The translations under genes were made by a program, and so were the position numbers. A stretch of 62,597 nt of DNA, counting the filler, from Stramenopiles sp. TOSAG23-3 (Eukaryota), in the NCBI GenBank assembly GCA_900128585.1. It is 23 parts of 23 records of this genome, joined end to end, with 100 filler letters (N's around TTAATTAATTAA, not from the genome) between each part and the next. Parts side by side here need not be neighbours in the genome. Positions count along the whole stretch, not along the records: positions 54,575 to 57,183 come from LT644695.1; positions 57,284 to 59,892 come from LT644696.1; positions 59,993 to 62,597 come from LT644697.1; 20 more parts are not named here. The stretch is one strand, 5' to 3'. Below are positions 55,568 to 62,597 of this stretch, piece by piece (position 1 is the stretch's first letter; each line of letters starts with the position of its first letter). A model generated the notes under the pieces. It did not search any database and had not been told where the DNA came from. It saw nothing but the letters and a program-made list of their open reading frames with translations.

Positions 55568-56329
55568 ATGATACGGTTTTTATTGCTAGCTTTGCTTTCA
55601 AGCACGTTTACCTTTTTTACCATTTCGTGGCTGGCCTCAGAATTCCCCTACGACCTAAACCGACTGCTAGCCACTCTAACACACACATGCAACGTTATCA
55701 TTATTACAAATATCGTAGAGCCAACTAAGCTTGAGACAATTTCGCTCAGGGGAAAACTAATATTTGCCATCACGCACTCAGGAGCAGCAGTGTGTTGGCG
55801 ACTCTCGGGGCAGTACAGTCTCCTACCAATTTCATTGAACTTGGGCGAACGTGACGGGATGCAAATGCTTACCGTTTTATTCACTGGGTGTCTGTTTCTT
55901 TGCACGTTCATTTACCATTTAAATCGGTACGTACATACAAGCACACGCGGGATGAGCTACATGGCCCTATATCTAGGAGCAGGGTGCACCATTGCCGCAT
56001 TGTCGTACCTTGCACATTCACAGGGTAAAATAGTCCACTTTCACCACCATGCCGTTGCGTTGGCGTTTGCGTACGGCAACACCAGCAGGCGCCCGCTTGT
56101 CATGTTCATGCTTTCCTCCTCGATGGGCATAATGACAGAGGGCCTGACGGTATGGGGTGAGGGTCTTCTGTACTACGACATTCCACCGTCCTGTGGGTAT
56201 CTGCGGGGAGGACAAAGGAGGGCAATTGTGTACTACAATTCTATAACTTGCAACTCTACCCAGCCGATAGCTCTTCAGCTGTGCAGTTCACAGGTCCCCT
56301 TGGATTCTCTCAGATGTACTTCAAGCTAG
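55568..56329 (+). CDS. Multi-pass membrane protein
   Basis: Several hydrophobic helices, HFHHH motif, complete 253-aa ORF. Confidence 0.7.
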   Translation: MIRFLLLALLSSTFTFFTISWLASEFPYDLNRLLATLTHTCNVIIITNIVEPTKLETISLRGKLIFAITHSGAAVCWRLSGQYSLLPISLNLGERDGMQMLTVLFTGCLFLCTFIYHLNRYVHTSTRGMSYMALYLGAGCTIAALSYLAHSQGKIVHFHHHAVALAFAYGNTSRRPLVMFMLSSSMGIMTEGLTVWGEGLLYYDIPPSCGYLRGGQRRAIVYYNSITCNSTQPIALQLCSSQVPLDSLRCTSS

Positions 56330-56732
56330 ATGTATTGCAAGCCTAAATTGGCAAACAGAAGCGCGTTAAACTGTCGAGTTTCCCAAAAGTATAGAGAAGT
56401 CCCCCCTGAGCGCTTTTAAAGTACTTACCAATTTACCAAAGTTTCACATTATGGGCGACGCAGATTTTGTTTTATTCTTCGTTCGAAATGACACAGGCAC
56501 AGTCGAAGAGCGGATAAAATAAACTCTGGGCCTGAATTAATTCAAGGAGCGCAAATGACCAAAATAGGTTGCATGTTAAAAAATATTTGTACGTACGATG
56601 TATATATAGCTTACACGTGGGCCTTTGAAATTATTCATTTTAACCCCCCACATATCAACATATAAATCATATATTGTAATTGAAACTTACTTTGTAAAAT
56701 CATCGCCGTCAGCGCAAATACATACGCCTCCT

Positions 56733-57183
56733 TCACAGCTCATAGCTCTCGGTGTGAAGGTAAAAGTTGATGCCATTTGCGGAAGCAACTTGAGTCGCTT
56801 CCCGGACCGCTTGCATCAATGAACCTGGCCCGCAAGCGTAGACCCCCACGACACGCTGTTGCCCGCTGCCCCCCATAACAGAATCCCTGGCACTTTTGAG
56901 GATGGCGGGGAAATTTGGGCGTCCCCCAGAGGCGACAAGGTTCCCGTGGGTTGTCATGCTGTCCGCTGGTAACGCTTGCATTTCAACGGAGGCGGAGTCA
57001 TTTTTCTTCACCGAGTTGGTGCAAAACAGTTTTACTGTCACGATTTTCGAAGTGGCCAGTATTTCAAGCTCCGGCTTCCAAATGGAGAACGATTTCATGG
57101 ATCGCTCGGCCCAGACGAGTTCTACACGAGGCACTTGCACGCTGGTCGCCTTGTTCAACGACCGGAAGTGCTGGTCCATGGCC
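56733..57183 (-). CDS. Ferric reductase/NADPH oxidase NAD-binding C-terminus, 5' partial
   Basis: LVWAER, GGRPNF, VGVYACGPGSL, LHTESYEL. Confidence 0.85.
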
Positions 57184-57285
57184 NNNNNNNNNNNNNNNNN
57201 NNNNNNNNNNNNNNNNNNNNNNNNNNNTTAATTAATTAANNNNNNNNNNNNNNNNNNNNNNNNNNNNNNNNNNNNNNNNNNNNTC

Positions 57286-59421
57286 CAGCCATCGCCATGC
57301 GTGAAAGGAACCTACGCGGAGGATTCTGGTACTCCGAAATGCATCGATTGCCCACCCGGGCGTTATTCTGCCACTTTAAAGGCCACTATATGCACTGCAT
57401 GTGAACCTGGGCGCTATTCCAAAAACAGATCCTCCGTTATCTGCCAGCCCTGTACAGTGGGCAAGACATCCATTTCAGGCAGTACGCAGTGTACGGATTG
57501 TCCCAAGGGCAAATTTGGAAATGCTAGTGCCTGTAGCGACTGTGGAGCAAATGAATTTACCGATAAAGACGGTTCCATAAGCTGCGAAAGCTGCGCCGAA
57601 GGTCGTATCTCTACGAAAGGAGCTTCGGTATGCACCGTGCCGGGCTCGGAGAAGCGACCTCCCCAACCGTATGGGCTTACCATTGAATCTGTGAGCAGCC
57701 ACTTACAAATCACATGGAACATAGAAGGCGACTTTACTTATTTTCGACTGGAATATTCTATCAGCAAAGATTTTGAAACCTCTAACTCGACCGTGGCGTA
57801 CAATACCAGTATTCTTCTGGAACCCGTACGCCCCCCTCACCTTCGGGTCTTGTTTGTCCGCGTGCGCTCGTACGATATCGCAAACAACCTCTACAGTGAG
57901 TATTCCGCGCGAACCGACAAGTGGTTGGTTGGTGTAGACTGTGGCAATGAAAAGTATTTGGAACACCTGTCCAATGTCCCCTACCAGTGGAAATGCGAGC
58001 AATGTCCGGACGGAGCATCTTGTGCAGGAGAAGAGTCCCCAGTGGCCTTGGAGGGTTTCTGGAGAGTACCGTGGAAGGGAAACGAATTTCAACAGTGCCT
58101 AAGATCCGCCTCCTGTGAAAACGATGCTTGTACTACGCACCACACAGACGGAGCCTATCGAGACAGCACCACCTACGAATGCAGTGCCTGTGGTTCTGGC
58201 AGCCAGCTAGTGTTATTTGCCCTCGTCCTAGCCGGTTCCTTGGTAGTCGCACTGATTGTTTACCTAACACTATCGGACGGTGGAGCAGAGTCTGCAGTTG
58301 ACATTAAAATAGCCCAGATCACCCTGAACCATTTTGTTATTGCCGCTGTAGCATCCGAATTTCCACTGGAATGGCCGCCGTTTCTTTTATCTTTCCTACG
58401 GGTATTCAGTGTTATGTCTGCCAGTGCCCTTGGGGAATCAGGGTTTAGCGCCAGTTGCGCACTGAACCCAGAGGCCCCTGTGCTCGCATGGGCGATATTT
58501 ATGGTATGCGTTTGGGGTGCAATGTACCGATGCACGAAACAAAGCAGAATCACCGAATTACAGACTTCCATACTGGTGACCCTGTTTCTCCTCCATCCAT
58601 CCATGACAAGATCCGCGCTAGAGTTGCTAGCCTGCCGTACCGTGTCGGGTCGATCTTTTTTGGAGGCAAACTATGCCGTAGAATGCGATGGGGCAAGGTA
58701 TACACCCTACTTGGCATGGGGCACCCTGATGCTATTCTTCTTTACTTTAGGAATACCTGCCTTGTATTTTTTTTTGATGAAACGAGAAACAGACTTGACA
58801 GCGCATCGGCGAGTCTATGGCTATTTGTTCAGCGGATTTTTAGAACGAGCATGGTACTGGGAAGTATGGAATGCTGTACGAAAAGCTCTCATCACTGCCT
58901 GTTCGACTCTGTTTCAAGCATGGGGCGTACCCATGCAAACGTGGTCTTCTCTGGGGCTGATGATGTTTTTTCTCGCTTTGTTCGTTCATGTGCAGCCGTA
59001 TCACAACCCCGTTCTCAACCGGCTGGAATTGTATGCCTTAACAGCGGACCTTTTAACTCTCTTTTTGGGTCTGGGGCTGTTCAACAATAAAAATGCAGGC
59101 GAAATGAGGAGCGAGGGGTTTGCCCAAATTTTTAGTATCCTAGTGGTCGTTGTAAATGTTTGGTTTATTGGATACATGCTCTATGTGGTGTGGAAGAATT
59201 CAGAGTACCTAAAAAAAGCCAAATCGATTTGGAGGAAAGAGGACCAGACGTGGGTGAAAAACGAGTTCAACAATCCTATGTACAAGGTGCAACGGAAGTC
59301 TACCATTCACTCTACGATGGCTAGTCAAAGCGGCGTCGAAATGAAGAAAGTCCTGAAAGCTCTGAAGAAAAGTAGTAGAGAGATAGAATCACAGAATGCG
59401 CGCCAGAGTATGAGTGTCTGA
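57286..59421 (+). CDS. Cys-rich (GCC2/GCC3, ephrin-receptor-like) repeats + FN3-like domain + multi-pass TM protein, 5' partial
   Basis: CxxCPPGRYS-type repeats, beta-sandwich LQITW..YFRLEYS, CPDGASC..GFWR, 7 or more hydrophobic helices, YWEVW..RK. Confidence 0.8.
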   Translation, partial: QPSPCVKGTYAEDSGTPKCIDCPPGRYSATLKATICTACEPGRYSKNRSSVICQPCTVGKTSISGSTQCTDCPKGKFGNASACSDCGANEFTDKDGSISCESCAEGRISTKGASVCTVPGSEKRPPQPYGLTIESVSSHLQITWNIEGDFTYFRLEYSISKDFETSNSTVAYNTSILLEPVRPPHLRVLFVRVRSYDIANNLYSEYSARTDKWLVGVDCGNEKYLEHLSNVPYQWKCEQCPDGASCAGEESPVALEGFWRVPWKGNEFQQCLRSASCENDACTTHHTDGAYRDSTTYECSACGSGSQLVLFALVLAGSLVVALIVYLTLSDGGAESAVDIKIAQITLNHFVIAAVASEFPLEWPPFLLSFLRVFSVMSASALGESGFSASCALNPEAPVLAWAIFMVCVWGAMYRCTKQSRITELQTSILVTLFLLHPSMTRSALELLACRTVSGRSFLEANYAVECDGARYTPYLAWGTLMLFFFTLGIPALYFFLMKRETDLTAHRRVYGYLFSGFLERAWYWEVWNAVRKALITACSTLFQAWGVPMQTWSSLGLMMFFLALFVHVQPYHNPVLNRLELYALTADLLTLFLGLGLFNNKNAGEMRSEGFAQIFSILVVVVNVWFIGYMLYVVWKNSEYLKKAKSIWRKEDQTWVKNEFNNPMYKVQRKSTIHSTMASQSGVEMKKVLKALKKSSREIESQNARQSMSV

Positions 59422-60011
59422 AGAAATTCATGCGGGAAGCCCTTGAAACATGGTATGGTGTGGGAGCCATGAAAGAATTTCGCGGACAAGCTGGATCTTT
59501 TTGCTTGCCAATGTCCAAAAGCTGTGGGATTCCAAGTTTGGGTGTGGCATACGGAAGTGTGGCAAGCTTGGAGCTATGCCGAGCAAGCTAAGCCACAGTC
59601 AGGGTTGATGGAGTTAGGGTTGATGGCACGACTCCGAGATTGCACAAAAAATATATATATTGTATTACGGATATTTAAAAGGAGTGTAGTGCTAGCAAAA
59701 ATTGCGTAGGGTTGTGTGTTGGTGGGTAAGCAGTCCCAAGCTCGCATGCCTCTGCAACAAGTTCACCACTATCCCCGCCCGGTATGGAGGGCATCAGCGT
59801 TTGAGCGTAGCCCTATAATACGACACAAAAGACTAGAAACGGGGCAACCCGAGACAACAATGGCTCTGCCGCTGCTCCTAGTTTATGTTGCGNNNNNNNN
59901 NNNNNNNNNNNNNNNNNNNNNNNNNNNNNNNNNNNNTTAATTAATTAANNNNNNNNNNNNNNNNNNNNNNNNNNNNNNNNNNNNNNNNNNNNAGACCGTT
60001 GTCGTCGGTTA

Positions 60012-61346
60012 ATGCACTTTCGTCGTACTGAGCAAGTTTTTGTTAGTCTTGCTGTTTGTCTTGTCGCACTTTTTTCTTCTACTGCTAATGGAATACCAAC
60101 TGCGTATGGGCGTGGTGTGGGCCAGCGTCGATTGAGTAGGAATCCTGCCCCCCCCACGCCAAAGTGCAATCTAGATATTATATCCGTCAGGCGACAAGAC
60201 CAAGTGAAGGACGGCTTTCAGTTGAACAAGGCTTTGTACCACACTGGTTGGTTTGGAGGACTCGAGCATGTGTCCTGGTGCCACAAATACGGCCCAACAG
60301 AGGCATACCCGGCAGATCAACTGCCCCCTATCGAAATCAAAGCCTGCAAGGAAACCATGGCCCTCCAAGGTAGGATAATGAACCCTGTGAACTTGCCGAT
60401 AAAGGACGCTACCAAACAGTTCTTCTCCTGCATGGACTCTAGGGCGGCCTACGCAGGCTTAGGGACCCCTGGCGGGGACATGGGTGAGTTTATCAACACT
60501 TTGGCGGCGGCGGAAAATTCCATAGGGTACCCATTTACTCACGATGACGTGTTTCATTTTCTGAAAAAGTATTTGGAAGATATGGTGGCCAGCGGCAAGG
60601 GTTACTTTTCTATGTGCTCGGACGCCAAAGCGGTAAAGACGTGGTTTGACGCGGCGAAGATCCAAGGGACCGGGGCGGGGTTGCAGCGATGGAACCCGCT
60701 CGACACGGACGGCCGCCGGCGGCTGTTGAGGCTAGCGACAGCACCAGCTCATATTGGTTGCGCCCATCTGCGCAGTTTGGTAGAAAAGCCAAACGGTTAC
60801 CAGAAAAAAATTCGAAAAGAGTTAGTCGAAGCGGCGATTTTAGCGTATTATGCAATATACTTTGATCCTTTTGATCCTATGCGGCAGCATCTGCTGCACC
60901 CTGTCATGGGTGGCGAGCAGAAGCCGGCTGCGGTCCTGAATGTGCAGCAGCCTCTTTCATGCAGGCCACTAGCACCACTCGTAGTACCAAAAATTCACAC
61001 GCAGACTCCGACCGAAGGAGGTGAGATTTTAAAAACGAAATTTTTGTCCATTTCAGAAAATAAAAGACTTCGGGGGGATGACGAGAAAGAAAAAGCGGAC
61101 GGGAAAGGTGATCAGACGACTGGGTCAGAGGTTCTTGTGTACCATTTTGTAGCCGTAGCCGACCATAGACGTATGCTGGTGAACTATTTTGCCCCAAAAT
61201 TCGGGTTGAACTTCGACGTTCTCTTGGCAAAAGTAAATAATTTAGGGCAAGCTGGTTTCACGCAGCTGTCAAAGAAATTGGCACCGGGGAAGCCACATTA
61301 TATTGTGTCGTTCTTTCCTGAAAACAAAGGGGATTACCCAGAATGA
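60012..61346 (+). CDS. Secreted protein with a beta/zeta-carbonic-anhydrase-like motif set
   Basis: Signal peptide; SCMDSR, GTPGGDMGEF, HIGCAHL. Confidence 0.55.
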   Translation: MHFRRTEQVFVSLAVCLVALFSSTANGIPTAYGRGVGQRRLSRNPAPPTPKCNLDIISVRRQDQVKDGFQLNKALYHTGWFGGLEHVSWCHKYGPTEAYPADQLPPIEIKACKETMALQGRIMNPVNLPIKDATKQFFSCMDSRAAYAGLGTPGGDMGEFINTLAAAENSIGYPFTHDDVFHFLKKYLEDMVASGKGYFSMCSDAKAVKTWFDAAKIQGTGAGLQRWNPLDTDGRRRLLRLATAPAHIGCAHLRSLVEKPNGYQKKIRKELVEAAILAYYAIYFDPFDPMRQHLLHPVMGGEQKPAAVLNVQQPLSCRPLAPLVVPKIHTQTPTEGGEILKTKFLSISENKRLRGDDEKEKADGKGDQTTGSEVLVYHFVAVADHRRMLVNYFAPKFGLNFDVLLAKVNNLGQAGFTQLSKKLAPGKPHYIVSFFPENKGDYPE

Positions 61347-61519
61347 GTGGACTGCGGGAAGTATTCAAGAATGTACAAAAAAAAAAAAACGGAAAACAAA
61401 AACAGCTGTAAGCTTAATCACGTTTATTCATATTATCATTATACGAACGCGCTTCATGTGCACGTAACTCTCTTACCCGTAATAAATACGCTCTTATATG
61501 AGACAATTCAAATCCTCGA

Positions 61520-62596
61520 TCAACAGATCTCTTCTCCACACTCCTTCAAGAAGCCCCGCCCAACCTCATGCACTAACTGGTGGTAGAGGTCTGCTTGTCT
61601 AACACCCTTTGTCGCTATTTCAGTTTCGGTGTCGATATTTTTTAAATTAGCAAAACTCCTTGCAACAGTCTGATGCACCAAATAAATGCTTTGAGTATTG
61701 CAAAGGTTGTAATCAGCGTTTAGACAAAGGCACACCCGGGCGAGAGAGGTAACAGCGACTTTCAACGGCGCCAATGGCTCAGTGAACTTTGACGTCTGTT
61801 TGATTGGTTTGCCATCGGCTTCAACTATTTTTTCGACAACGGCCGTGGATGTCTTGAGCAGCAAATTTGTCGCCCACTTTGATGCTAATGGCGGGTAGTC
61901 TTTTGTCGTAAAACTTAGTGCATTTGCCTTACAAACAAATGCGAATATATTCAAAAGGCAACTGAAGCGGTACGGTCCGTCCGAAGTCCATACGGAGCCA
62001 TTTTCAATCATTGCGGACAAAATACTTGAAGCTGCATAGAGCAGTTTGTCGGACAGCAAGTGTTGTAGACGAACGTATACGGTCTCTGTCGCAACAAAGG
62101 ACTCACTGTTGAAAAAGGGGGCGATGACCCGATTTAGCGCAGAACCGAAACTTCTTTGCACAGGTAAGCTTAAAGGAGACACTGTCACAGTGTCTGACAG
62201 TCTGCCGAGCCAATGGATCGAATCTTCCACACTATTTCGAATCTGTTCATTCTTTCTCGGGCGAGGACATCTCCCGCCTTTTTTTGATTTTTGGGGTTTC
62301 TTAGAATCGATAATTTGCGTGCGGAACTCTGCCACTAATGCTGTCCCAAGCATCTGCTTCAGTTGACTTCGTGCGTTCTTGGAAGCTAACCGCATTGCCG
62401 CTTTCAAAACTGAAGACGGTACCCTATTTTTCGTATCCCCCACCTCGACATCAAAGTATTCTGGAGGGGCCAGAGCTGGCAGGGAACGTTTGACCACTTT
62501 GTCGCACTCCGCGTTGGCGTATTTCATACCAGAGGACACTAAATTTGATTCAATAGTTTTCTGGTTCTGCAGAGACTGTGCACCGGTGTATGAAGT
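61520..62596 (-). CDS. Hypothetical helical protein, 5' partial
   Basis: Frame open to the window end; no recognised motif. Confidence 0.6.
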   Translation of the reverse strand, partial: TSYTGAQSLQNQKTIESNLVSSGMKYANAECDKVVKRSLPALAPPEYFDVEVGDTKNRVPSSVLKAAMRLASKNARSQLKQMLGTALVAEFRTQIIDSKKPQKSKKGGRCPRPRKNEQIRNSVEDSIHWLGRLSDTVTVSPLSLPVQRSFGSALNRVIAPFFNSESFVATETVYVRLQHLLSDKLLYAASSILSAMIENGSVWTSDGPYRFSCLLNIFAFVCKANALSFTTKDYPPLASKWATNLLLKTSTAVVEKIVEADGKPIKQTSKFTEPLAPLKVAVTSLARVCLCLNADYNLCNTQSIYLVHQTVARSFANLKNIDTETEIATKGVRQADLYHQLVHEVGRGFLKECGEEIC

Positions 62597-62597
62597 G

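Overview
This is not a continuous locus. It is 23 unrelated contigs of about 2.6 kb, roughly in decreasing length order, joined by 22 artificial ~100-nt linkers (N-run + TTAATTAATTAA + N-run), so adjacency across linkers is meaningless. The DNA is eukaryotic nuclear: eIF4G, importin-alpha, LSM14, SDHAF4, an SPX domain, AT-rich intergenic DNA with AAG/AAAG microsatellites, and only one clear intron. A stramenopile-like protist is likely (inferred from the CryptonS-type element and RRL-motif secreted proteins; not verified). Most contigs carry 1-2 housekeeping or hypothetical genes, often truncated. The main highlights are: (1) one long ORF fusing a class I SAM methyltransferase-like domain to a RAG1/Transib-like DDE transposase core; (2) a family of near-identical LRR genes whose differences concentrate at solvent-exposed xxLxLxxN codons, resembling an immune-receptor repertoire, plus decayed LRR copies; (3) an apparently intact Crypton tyrosine-recombinase transposon ORF; (4) several odd domain combinations and recurrent intergenic motifs. 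All family assignments come from motifs recognised by eye, not from database searches.
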